64,000 nucleotides of DNA from Mytilus californianus (taxonomy: Eukaryota), in NCBI RefSeq assembly GCF_021869535.1, contig NW_026262734.1:26040001-26104000 (forward strand). The letters are read 5' to 3'. This document shows, one piece after another, positions 49,844 to 62,751 of this stretch (position 1 is its first letter; every line of letters starts with the position of its first letter). The position numbers and the translations under genes are program-made. The notes beneath the pieces are model-generated. The model was not told the origin of the DNA, searched no databases, and worked only from the letters and a program-made list of their open reading frames with translations.

Positions 49844-52021
49844 GTGAGTTGCAGAAGTTGTTTGAGTTCCAGTTCAACGTTGCAACTTACAAATTTGTTG
49901 ACCAGATGTCATCTTTAAACACTTAAATATTTGATTTGCATGATTGCATGTTTGTTCTTTCTGAAAATAAACAATATCAGTGTTGTTAACATTTATGCAG
50001 TATCATCTTATACTTCTGTGATCTTTATTTATACATATATGATGATGATGAAGATGAGTTGAACTTGTTCCAGTCCTAGATGCACTGAATAGTTGCTACT
50101 TGACATTAAGCAACAATGTATCTATGAATCAATCAATTTGTAGAAATGTAAATATGATTTCCACAATTTTGTCTTAAATGTTTAAAGATGATACTGTCCT
50201 GCATTAATTGAAATATTTAGACCAACTAAAGATTTCTTTGTTCAGAGCCCTAACATCATGAACATTTTTATGTTCTTTTAACCAATTGGATTTCACTTAT
50301 AACTTTTTTGCATTGATTAAAGAAAACTAGAAGTAGCACTACTCATCTTCTTGTCTGTTTTTGAATAATGTTAAAACAAACCTTCTCATGCTCAAGAACA
50401 AAGAAATTTAGTTGGTCTTACAATGATCTTAGTCATGTTCATAGTTATTTTGCATGGTTATATATGTTAGTTGTTATTTTGCATGCTTTAAAATATTATT
50501 TGTGTACTTGGTTCATAGATAAATTTTATTTTCAAGGTCTGTTATTTTATAGTCGTCCTAAATTGATCTATTAAAATCAGGAAAAATTATGATGTTGACT
50601 ATTTTTTTATTTTTACTTTTCTCCGTTCTTGTTATTAATTTAGATTCCATATTTATAAGTCATGTTTGTTATGTTTTATTTCAGCTGCAATGGTCATTGA
50701 GACAAAGAAAAAAATGAGATGAAAATATATACATACAGGCTGTTGTCTGCTCTATGGTCGGGTTGTTGTCTCTTTGACACATTCCCCATTTCCATATTCA
50801 ATTTTATATTCCAGTTTGTGTTATTTCTATTTAATGAATGATTTTGCTATGCATTTTCACAGGTTTTGACATAAATTTATTTCAGGTCTCTACAGATTAA
50901 GAAGACAGAAGGAGAACCTGTGGTGTTTTTGAGAGACATTTCATGTGAGATTATGGACTTTTTGGACGACTTGTTAACATTTACGATACTATTACCAAAA
51001 TTAGAGAAATAATAATAAAATTTATTATTATCTCCCCTTTTATTCCTTTATTTTGATATGAAGATATGACTTTTTACAAACAAAAATGCTCTAAAAAGGT
51101 TCACCTATGTATATTCTGCCAACCATAGATAATAGAATATATAATATTACAGATTTCATTTTTATAAAAAAAGATTCAAACTGCAAGTACTTTTGACATT
51201 TATCAACTGATTCTTATAGAAAAACGTCAGAGGGTACCCATCTTTAAACTGGTAAAAGTCCACTTTTTGTGGAAGGATTCAGTTGAAATCAATTGCATTC
51301 TTCTTTAGAAATATGTATTAAAGTAAGATGATACATCTGAGGAAAAAATATACCCCTTTCCGTCCCTACTTAATGTGCCCAGTTGTTTTCTTTGATTTGA
51401 ATGGTAACCGGATAATGTACGGTAATATACAAAAGGGTCTTAAATGTTGATATGTTACTGGCATATCTTTGCATGGTATTGTCTCCGTTTAACTGTTGAA
51501 CTTCTTTCAAACTAGATTTAGAGCTTTGCATATTATGTATAGTTGTAGATTGTACGCTGACCTGTACAAATCGTTTTGTCTTCAGTGTATTATTAGGTTA
51601 CTTTGTGATAAATTTTATTTATGATTGAAGACAACTTAAGTAGTTAAATAATACATCAGATTGTATCATAATTTCATCCAATTTCATGCGTAGCATGCAA
51701 AAAAAATACGGATATCTGTGTTTGCTTCTACGTTGATGAGTAATGTTTGATTACATTAGTTAAAGTTATTGCTGTTTGTATATATCTACCGGAAACAAAC
51801 TTGGTATGAAAATGTAATGACCGTATCAAATTCAGTATTTGAATACTCATAATTGATATTAGATACAATTCGAAAGTTGCTACCATACGAAGAAAATGAC
51901 TAGCATTCAACACACACGTCTTCCTAATGCAAAAAAATATCTACAACTATATATCTATCTATATACTCTATAAACATTTGAGAATTTCTATTAGCCGAAA
52001 TATCTTGCAAATAACATTTAA

Positions 52022-52413
52022 GGAAATAAGCTTGTTTTCTTTTTTTACTTTTTGTCAGATATTCGGAATCCTCTAGTTTTATCCATGAAAGGCCAATACA
52101 AATTTTGCCCGCTAACCCCTTCTTTTCTTTTCATAATTTCTTTATTTATAGTTTTAAAGGCCATTTTTAAAAATCTTGTAAATCCTTGTTATTTTTTCAT
52201 AATGTTCACAATAAGAGAAGAGATGTCAATGTTAAATGTATGAAAATTCTAGAGAGAATCATTTCCCGCCAAATTTTTAATTGATTATGTCTCAAAAACA
52301 AGACCATGGACCCGTCATTTTTATTTACTTTTTAAGTTCCGAAATATTTATTCTATCAATTTATAACAGTCTTTTAAAAGGCTTGTTATTTTGAAACAGA
52401 GAAGCGAACGTCC
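52022..52413. mobile_element. MITE with TTAA target duplication and GG..CC ends (Kolobok-like), copy 2
   Basis: TTAA|GG...GCGAACGTCC|TTAA; homologous to 19192-19591. Confidence 0.6.
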
Positions 52414-53711
52414 TTAATACGAATGGTAGAGAGTATTTCATAAAACATTAAATTCAACAATCCTCGTTATGTTTTAAAATTATTGTTATAGAAAAAAAAG
52501 ACAATATAGTTTGTAGACTAAGTGCAAATTCTGCAGTTTAAAATTTCCTTGTTGAACTAAGATGAACATATAGTAATGCAATAATCATTTAAGCTATTGG
52601 TATATATGAAACTGTCACACTTTTATATTGGCATCTTCCTATCTTTCCATCACTTTGTTGGGTGCAAAAATAACCTTCTTGTGATTATTTCTCAAACCAG
52701 ACATTTTAATCCAGTGATACCTTTAATAAAAAAACTAACTTTCTTAGTTTGTAACAATTTCATTTCGAAAGTCAGCTTTATTCTGTATAAAATCAGACCT
52801 GTTAGTTTTAAGGAATCATTAGAACAATGCTTAACTGACAGTTATTTGCGTTTATATCTAATGTCACGGCTTTAATTCATCTTTTTATGTTGAAGGGTGA
52901 AATTTCCATACATGCATATTTGACACATGCATATTACGCTGTAATTGTTCACAGTAATCCCAAACCATCCAGTTATGGTCTTGTTGAATTGTTTTTCTTA
53001 TTCTAGACGCCGTGCTTGACAATAAAAAAGACTGTTAGTGCGTTGGTTTGCAAGACATTTAAAGGCCTGCACACATAATATTGCAGATCAATATATAAAA
53101 GATTTCCAAAGATGTGATCGAATTACAAAAACGGCACACGAAAGCCATTAATCTATTATGTGAAGATTATTCTTAGTTACTCACACAGTATTGTGTTTTC
53201 TTTTCTTTTCCTGTGGGTAAGAAGTCCCTTTTCCAGTTCGCTTCTTCTTGTGTATCCCTTTTTAATTGTTTTACCGCATAAATTGCCGACTAATATCCGC
53301 TTCCGGTATTGGGCATCCTGGTATAGTGTTTTTAACACAAGGTGTTAAAAATGTTTAGATTTTGAACACTGCTTGACAATCAAATGTTCAAATAATGAAT
53401 AGATCAAGAAAAAAGTTAAGATTGACATAATTTTATAGCGATATTATCACACAAAACCTGATTAATCTGAATATGACACTTATAAGTAACACTTGTAATA
53501 CGTTCATATACTTTACATACTATGCCAGCTTGGTATACTTACTGTAGATACTCTGAGTTTATCAAATATGTACCCAACATAACTTGATAAATAATTATAT
53601 TAACATCAGTCATTATTGCAAATGTTTATACATAGCTGTACATGTATTTGCACAAAATTGAAAAATTGAAACTGAAATATACATAAAGAGAAAATGCCAT
53701 CATAAACTATC

Positions 53712-53790
53712 ATTTTGGTCGATGATGTTCCTCTTCCTGCATCCTATGGTGTGTACATTTCACAGTCTGCATGGTTTTATTTAATATATT
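53712..53790 (+). mobile_element. Penelope-like RT fragment
   Basis: DDVPLPASYGVYISQ matches the P..YGVYISQL motif. Confidence 0.6.
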
Positions 53791-55823
53791 TTTACGAAGC
53801 AGCCTTAAATGGACGTAACTGTGCTTCGACACAAAAGTGGTTTCCTCGCAGGTTAACATATAGAGAGTTTTGAAAATTTTCAAAATATTATAAAGTCAGT
53901 ATCACCAATATAATGCCTATCCTTAATAATAAGCATTATAACAGTTTCTGAATCCAAGTTTTCCCTATTCTGTAGCTAAATGAACAGAAACACTAAAAGA
54001 TGACGTATTCAAACTCTGGAAAATTTCTAAAATGTATCAATAGCAAGTGCTTCGGGCGTGATAGGCTCACAAGTAGGCTGAAATAGCTTGATAGAAAGTA
54101 TGAAGCTACTTTTGTCTTTGTATATTTGGAAATTTTATATTAAAATGTACTTTGTGTAAAAAATCCAGAAGGAAATCAACGTTAAGTCTCTTCTATATTG
54201 TAGAGTGACATTACACTAGTTTTTCCTTTGTACAAAGTGAGCACATTATATATGAATTAAATTGACAAAATGTTACAGATTTTTAAGACCGTTATGATAT
54301 TTACAATTTGAGGGGCAAAATTATTGCTATTATATACATCCATCTTAACATTGCTCACTTACATTCTAAAAATCTGTACACTGTGTAATAAACATTTTGC
54401 AAATGAAAAATTAGACAATTTCGTGTTTACTAAAAATGGCAAAATATGTAAATTTTGGCAAACGCAAATTGTACAAACAAAACACAAGGAAACAATGGTT
54501 GTTATACAAGAAAATCCAAATTTTAGATTGTTGCACATAAATGGGAGACATGGGCATGGGCGGAAGTAAATAACAAGCGCAAACGCAGAAGAAATAAAAA
54601 AAAAAGAATAATTGAACTAATTTTTTAACTATTTATAGCACTAAACCTTTCTGTAACAAGGCGTCTCTAAAATACAAACTTTTTCCTTTGTTCATCTGAA
54701 ACTTGTAACTCGTATAGTCTGTTTAAGCACTATCAATCTTTAAAACAAAATCATTGAAAATTTTGATTTCTTGTTTAGCAGCTGAATTTGTATCCGATCT
54801 TTTTGTCTGAACTCTGAAAATGTTTTTCCGGATTTTTATGTGAATTAGTAAAATAAAGTTAACTTAGAGAAATATAGAGTAAATATGTATTTCACAATCC
54901 AACCTGTCAAACGTATTTTAAATTTGTGACTACAAATAAGCAACAAGGGTATAAAGGTACATGTAAATGACAATTAAAACCGATTTTATGTTTCATTACT
55001 CATCTATCTACCAGAGATAAAACTTTGGAAAATCAAATGCATAAAACTTTAAGGAGCATAAAAACTAAACCTTACGGGCCTTTTTCAAAAGATATAAAAT
55101 TGGTATTGTCAATTGTAAGGATATAATTGTATTAGAACTATAATTAGATAGACATTTTGAATAATTCATTAACAATCAAACTCACTGCCTACAGAATTGA
55201 CAATAAACCAGCAGCGATAACCAGTGGTTGTAATACAAACATTAGCATTCGTTTGTAGTGCCCACAAAAAGTGTTGCAATACAAATTACGAGAATTAACA
55301 GGAAAAGAGAGGTGGTATATACCGAAGGGGGCATCAAAACAGAACGTTTACAAAGCAAAATATAACGTTTTATTCTTAAAAATCAAAGCGGTTTTACACA
55401 GACAAATCCATGAAACAAAATCAAAGTAAGACGAACCCTTCCTGACAGGTATATATACCTTGCAATGATTCTATTTATAAGCAAAATTTATTTTTATCCA
55501 TTAACTAATAACAACTGAAGGAAATACTTAACAAAAACATTGTAATGTTTTTAAGCAGTTGCTGAATCATGGCAAAAAGAACAAAGACAACGGTCATATT
55601 CCAGATGGACGGTTTAGAACATAATGAATCTCTTTACAAATTTTGATTTATTTAGATCTTCTTCTTTCTGAATTATAAAATTTTAATTAAAAAAGATAGC
55701 GCAGCCACTTCCGCCAGGTTATCCCTATGTCTTACATCTTCGATATTCGTCGCAGGCGAGACAAAAAATCTTTTATTTCAGCAGATACATTAAGTGTAAA
55801 ATGTCATACTGCGAGTATGAATA

Positions 55824-58418
55824 ACAACTAGATTTGTAATTGAAACCAATAACGGATGGCACTTTCGTCCCCTATTGCCATGGTCACGGCAGTCATTTTG
55901 AAAATTCCAAAGTCAAACTGCAACTCTGCACATGCCAGTTACCATGTCTGTGAAGTTTCTTTCAGTTTTGAACACTTTGATTTTTTTTGCATTTTCCATG
56001 AAAACGGCGGCCATCTTGGACAATTCCAAAGTCAGATGCACAACTTCACATGAGGGTCCTCATTAAAGTACAGTTCCATCAACATTGGTTCATTGAATTC
56101 CGAGAAATAGTGTGGACAAAATGTGTGGAAGAATAAGAAAAATAACTAGAATTGCTATTGCAAGCAATAGCGGATGTCACCCTTCCCCCATTGCCACTAA
56201 GTGGCAGCCATTTCGAAAATTAAGAACAGTGAATGCACATATATGCATTGCTATATACCTTTCTGCAAATTTACAGAACATTAAGAGCTTTTTGAATTTT
56301 TTCACATCGTTTATGTTTCCATAGCAACGGCGGCCATTTTGGAAATTCAAAAGTAGAAAGTCTCATCTATCCTTGCCACTTAACATTTATATTTAGTTTC
56401 ATTAAATTTGGAGCCTTTTTTTTTGCTGTTTCCATGGTAACGGTGATTAATACCAAAATTTCAAAGACACATGCCACACTGACTGATGACATGTTACATA
56501 TGATTGTAGTTTCATTGGGTTTAATCTTATATTCTTTAAGAAAAATGCTCCTTTAATATGTTTTCCCATAGGGTCAATGATAAACTTTTGCTCAGTTTCA
56601 ATGGCAATGGCTGCCATTTTGGAATTTCTAAATATAGTCGGTGCTTCCACACATACCAGGCAACATTTCCATAAAGTTTCATTTGGTTTGGTCTTATAAT
56701 ATAAGAATTGGCTTTTTAAAAAATTTTCACATTGTTACAGTTTCCATGGAAACGGTGGCCATTTGAAAAATTCCAATGGTGTCCTGCATAACTAGAGTTG
56801 GTGGTCCTCATTATGGTACCCATGCATTATGATTGGTCCACTAATCTATGAGAAAACTCTAGGACAAAAAAAGTGGAATCATAATAATAACTAGATTTGC
56901 CATTGCAAGCAATAGCGGATGTCACCCTCCCCCCCCCCTTGCCACTAAGTGGCAGCAATTTTGAACATTTTAAACAGTGAATGCACATATATGCATGGCA
57001 ATACATCTTTCTGTAAATTTTCAGAACATTTGGAGCATTTTAAAATTTTCACATTTTTGCTGTTTCCATGGCAACGGCGACCTTTTTGGAAAAAGTCAAA
57101 AGTCTTATTAATACATGCCAGTTGGCATTAATATAAAGTTATATTCAGTTTGGTACATTTTGAAATTCTTGACATTCTTGCTGGTTTCCATGGTAACAAA
57201 GACCATTCCCAAAATTGTAATGACAGATGCCACATTGGTACATGGGAGGGAAGATACCTTCAAAGTTTCAATGGATTTGACCTACCATATTAAGAGAGAA
57301 AATGCTACTTTAAAGTTTTTCCCATAGGGTTATAATGGGGAACCTTTCCCCAGTTTCCATGGCAATACAGTAGTTCCGATGATTCTTAAGATCATCTAAA
57401 GCCAGCTGTATATAGTGGATACCTATGTTGTATAAAAATTTGAAGATTTTTAGTTCAGGCATTCTCAAATTAATCTTCAAAAACAAAACAAAAATATTTT
57501 TCACATTTTTGCTGTTTCCATGGAAACCGCAGCCATTTTAAAGGTCCAAAGTTTCACTGCAACTCCACTGATGGTGGTCCTTATTATGCTCAACAATCAT
57601 GAGGATTGGTTTCATTGCCTCCAATAAAACTGCCGGACAAAATTAGGTGGAAGAAAAATAATAATAATAGGGAAAAAGAAACAGAGGAAAAGCAATATGT
57701 CACCCGACATTGTCGATCGGGTGACATAATAATAACTTGATTTGCCATTGCAAGCAAACACGAATGTCACCCTTCCCCCATTGCCACTAAGCGGCAGCCA
57801 TTTTGAATATTCTAAACAGTGAAAGCACATATATGCATGGCTATACATCATTCTGTAAATTTTCAGAACATTTAAAGCATTTTGAAATTTTTACACAATT
57901 TTGCTGTTTCCATGGAACAGCAGCCATTTTGAAAATTCCAATTTCAGAAGTCTCATTTATACTTCTTATACTAGTTAACAATCACATTAAGTTTTATTAA
58001 GTTTGGAGCATTTTGAAATTTTTGACATTTTTTCTGGTTTCCATGGTAACAGAGACCATTCCAAAAAAATTAATGACAGATGCCACATTGGTACATTGGA
58101 GGAAACATACCATCAAAGTTTCAATGGAATTGACCTACCATTTTAAGAGAGGAAATGCAACTTTAAGGTTTTAGGAGCATTTTGACCTTTTCCGCATTGT
58201 TTCCATAGTAACGGCAGCCATTTTGGAAATTTCAAAGCCAAATGCCACGTCTTCACATGCCAGTCAACATTTTTGTGAAGTTTCATCAAGTTTGGAGCAT
58301 CTTGAAATTTTTGAAATTTTTGCTGTAGTTTCCACGGCAGCATAGTAGTTCAAATGATTGTCAAAATCAGTCAAAACCTGTATATAGTCGACTTCTACAT
58401 TGTATTAAAATTATTCAC
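55824..58418 (+). mobile_element. Tandem Helentron/HINE-like elements with internal subrepeats
   Basis: Restarts at ~55826, 56145, 56888 and 57733 (ATAACT.GA.TTGC.ATTGCAAGCAA..); recurring GTTTCCATGG.AACGGCGGCCATTTT; hairpin ATGTCACCCGA..TCGGGTGACAT at 57697-57727. Confidence 0.6.
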
Positions 58419-58773
58419 TTATGATTGCTTTGGATAAAAACCGCCATTTTTATACGTATACATGCAAAACAAATTTCTTGGTAGAGAGGTCTTAATACAG
58501 CACAAACAACATTTTCCAAAAGATCGAAAAAGTGAAAAAGTATATCGCCATGTCAGTCAGCAGGGTTTAAGAATATCCGTTGTTCGACCTGCTAGTCAAA
58601 TGCGTTTTGTTAAAATATACTTTTTCACTTTTTGTGGTCTTTTGGAAAATGTTATTTGTGTTGTATTTAGACCCCTCTACCAAGAAAATTGTATTGCATG
58701 CACACGTTTAAAAATTGCGGTTTGTATCCAACGCAATCATAGGTTTGAACGTTGTTTTCAATTTAGACTTGTA
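58419..58773 (+). mobile_element. Truncated copy of the 539-bp retrozyme-like unit with a 5' inversion
   Basis: 58419-58545 is in the array's + strand orientation and 58546-58773 is reversed; ends AGACTTGTA(TA)n; lacks the ribozyme segment. Confidence 0.8.
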
Positions 58774-58774
58774 T

Positions 58775-59170
58775 ATATATATCTCAGTTATATCTAAGAT
58801 ATTCCAGACCTTGTGTTTCCCATCATGATTATCTTGAAAAAGGGTTGCTGCTTACAAGAAAGCTATTGAATCAATTATTCCAAGTAGTAAAGTTGCATAC
58901 ATTCCTTCGAAAGTTTTATGTACACCATTACGAGTTGGTTGGCCGGTAAAGTCGACCATGAATATATTCCAATTGTCGTAACTACAATCCCGATCTCTTT
59001 TCCTCGATTTTGACATCACTGTATGAGACTCATCATCAACAACATGACGGGTGCTACTAGTGGAGCAATATAGTCTTACCCTTTTGGAGCACCTGGTGTC
59101 ACCTCCAGTGTTTACTGGTATTCGTGCTGCTCAGTCTTTATTGTTCGATGAGGTGTTTGTGGACATGTTT
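58775..59170 (+). mobile_element. Penelope-like RT C-terminus and 3' tail
   Basis: YISQL..RYSRPCVSHHDYLEKGLLLTRKLLNQ..LRKFYVHHYELVGR, then the conserved tail. Confidence 0.75.
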
Positions 59171-59663
59171 TTCTATTTAACCGACAGTTTCCGTCGGAAA
59201 TTCCTGTACCAAATCAGTTTGTACATTTGATTTTCGCTCGTTCCGTTAGTAGATAACGTATAATTTTGTCCATTTGTTTTTTGCCATGGCATGACTTTTC
59301 TTATTTATATCCCTTGTTATCTTCCGCCTTTTTTGTGGCTATTTGTCAATCGAAGTGATACACATAAATGGTGTTATCTTTTTCTGTAAAATGCATAAAA
59401 CATTATTGCATTTTGAATTAAATTAAATAGTTACTTTAAAAATGAAAAATTCCGTGAAAAAAACGTTCTGCAAAGCAGATTGTCAGATTGATGTCTCCGG
59501 CTCAAAGACTTCATGTCATGTACTAGGATTTGACAGGCTATAGCGATCATTTCTAAAATGTATAATTATCATGCTTAGGTTAGATATAAATAAAAGGAAA
59601 TGTGACAGACAGATTCATCAAATTACAAAAGAGGTAAGTCATGGTGTAAGTCATTCAACACTT

Positions 59664-60905
59664 TACAAGTGTATATACCTTTTTGTCAACTCTTAATCAC
59701 CCGAATAGAAATATTTTGCATCAATGCAACAACCTTATTTGGTGGTGTATGCATAGCAAGTGACGCTTACCCTGTACATGCACACGGTCACCAGCCGGGA
59801 ATCATGCGATGTTCTGGAAATTTTGTTTTTTCCTTGTATGTTCTACATAAATTACTGATATTGGATAAATCTAACACACGCGTATTTAAGTGATAATTTC
59901 ATCATTTAAATCGATACATTTGCTTTTAGATAATGATGTTTGCAATATATTGCTTGCAAAAAAATGCAGCTGTCACTTTAGAATAAGGAAAATTTAGATA
60001 TGTTTAAAATATTGTAATTATTCATTTTTATTATTTTATAATAAAAAAGAGGAAATAGTTTGTCAATTAAAAAATATTTCTTACAAAAGAAAGAAAACAG
60101 AATGAGTTTTCCTGTTTAATACATAGGTTCCTTATCATATACTATATTTGTTTTATTTCCCGTTTTTTATTTACATTGTGTACCTTTGAAATAATGATTT
60201 GTCGGTAATGACAAATAAATTTACAACTTTTTTTCTATATCTATATCTAGATTTTAGAAGATCCTATATTTATGATTCGTTCAGTTTCGAAGGAAATGCA
60301 AAATGTACTGTCTTGAATAAGATATGATTCCTTACAATAAGTACAACAAAAATACTAAACTCCAAAGCATATTCAAAAAGGAGAAGTCCATAAAAATTGA
60401 CAAAATTAAACGCTCTCAATGAACTGAACATGTGAAAAACAACTGCCGTATTACTAACTTAGTATGGGCATCTCCCGACGAAAATGGTGGGTGAAACCTT
60501 GTTTTATAGCTAGCTAAACCTCCCACTTGTATGACTGTTGTTTATAGTTCCGTTACATAGACAACATTCGGTAAGCAACTTAAACAGACATAATTGGTTA
60601 ATGTGACAATAATTGGAACCCAGCAGTCAAAAATGTGTAAACGTACATCACAGACATACAACACAATTGTCTAAAAAAAATTCAAACAAACATACAAGTT
60701 AATTCAACAAAGACGAAAAAAAAGGGTAGAAAATAGTATAATTCATCGTAGATGCCAAGACGAAAAATTTGTACTCCAGATGCGCGTTTCGTCTACAAAA
60801 GACTCATCAGTGACGTAAGTTAGATAATGACGTCTCCAAGAAAAAAGTGTTACAAATTGTCATTCTATATAACTACGCTGGTGAAATATTTAATTAAGTG
60901 ACATT
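59664..60905. repeat. Local segmental duplication, copy 1 (~1.24 kb)
   Basis: Near-identical to 62752-64000 (offset ~3.09 kb). Confidence 0.9.
60773..60816 (-). ncRNA. Hammerhead with intact core and stem II but mismatches in stems I and III
   Basis: ACGUCA-CUGAUGA-GUCU(UUUGU)AGAC-GAAA-CGCGCA-UC/UGGAGU; the duplicate at 63870-63913 has an extra stem II mismatch. Confidence 0.6.
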
Positions 60906-62751
60906 CTTAAACAGACAAAAATGATAGTAATCAGTGGTTTATGAGACCCAATTGAAACGTTTTATTAAGCCATATCTCCTCGACTAAATATGCTTGTTCA
61001 TTTTGATTAAGGCGTTTTCTATATATAGCTAGAGATAACAACAATGAACAACATTTTGCACCAGTATACTTAAAGATAATAATAAAAGATAAGAAATATG
61101 TGAAAAGACTCTCTTCATTGCAGTAATTGTTCTGTCAGTACACCATACTTTCTTGAACCTATTCATATTTAGGTTAAAAGTTAACCGTTCATTATCTATT
61201 TTAGATATTTCATTTTGTTCAATCTATTTGTTTGTTTATGGTTAAGTGGCTAAAATTTTGGAATGTAAAAGGAGATATTTTGCATGTTCACTTATTATCT
61301 GCGTGAAAAATTGAAATATGTATTTATATTTGCGTCACTGGCATTGATTATTAAGAAAAAAATAACAATAGATGGAATTACCGCATTTAAAAGTTTTTTT
61401 CGATACAGCAAAAAAATACCCATTCAGTGAGTTTGTTTTCTGTTTGTATACGTGCTATTCAATTCAACAAACTGGTTTTTCCATACATCAACTGACTAGT
61501 TAACATGTATATATATGCATGTTTATATCAGTTATTATTCATGTATATATAACAAATTTTAAATATAAAAAGATATCAACAAGGAAAATTATGTTTTAAA
61601 CGCGTCATTTAGTTAGTTTAATTACATTGAACTGACTCACAAATTGTATCTGAATGAATAGGGATATGATTATCGGACTTGACGAAATACGTAAACAATC
61701 AATTACGACTTTACCATTTTCTATCACAATTTTGTTTTCAACAGGTAAGACATCTTGTTTAAATAAACATATAGACTAATAGTGTAACGACTCCTAACTC
61801 CATGGTGAAAAGAGTGGTGGCGCTATAACAGACATTCAAAGAAATTCTAAATGCAGTGGCTAAAAAAGTTTAAGGCTAAAATATTAAAATAAGGAGATGT
61901 GGCATGATTGCCAATGAGACAACTATCCACCAAAGTTCAAATGAAGTGGGTGTAAGCAATAGTATAGGCAACTGTGCGGCCTTCAAAATGCGAAAATCAG
62001 TACCGGTTAGACGGCTAAAAAAAAGGCCCCGACATGAAAAATATGAAACAAATAAATTGAGAAAATTAACATCCTAATATATTACATAACAATTTACGAA
62101 AAACAAATATGACAGACTTGAACCACCGATAACCACTGTACTACAGGTTCCTGACTTAGGACAGGCACATAAAGAATGTGGCGGGGTTAAACATGTTTGT
62201 GAGCGCTCAACCCTCCCTTAACCTGGGACAGTGGTGTTACAGCACAACATAAGAACAAACTGTAAAAATCAGTTAAAAAGTGCTAAATTCATCAGATCGA
62301 TACAAAGCAGAAAAAAATCTAATAAAAACACAGACCGGACGTGGCAGGGTACTTATACATCCATAACAACAAAAAGAACACAAAGTACAGGTCTGAGTGA
62401 GAGTACTCACAGTAACTGAAAGCTAGTTCAAAGCCAATAACAACTAATAAAAAAAAAGCATGTATCTAAAACTAACATATCAATCAGTATACATCCAATA
62501 TCCAATGGATTTAGTGTATAGACGTCGTTTACAGTCAGAGAAAAACATGACTTTGTGCAATGCCAAAATATAGGTATCGACCGATTGTTGTACCGTGAAA
62601 GTGCATATGTGCATATGTGTATAACAATAATATTTAGTATTGTTGTAATTTACTGATAACAAAATTAATATTTATGCCAATAAAAACAATATTCAAAGAT
62701 CGACAGTGTTGAATTGGCTACTTTTAAAAATAGTTTTATTAAAAGTTTTAT

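Noticed and set aside
54555-55716. Opposed GGCGGAAGT / ACTTCCGCC ETS-like motifs as a promoter
   Set aside because: Short motifs with no supporting exon or transcript evidence.
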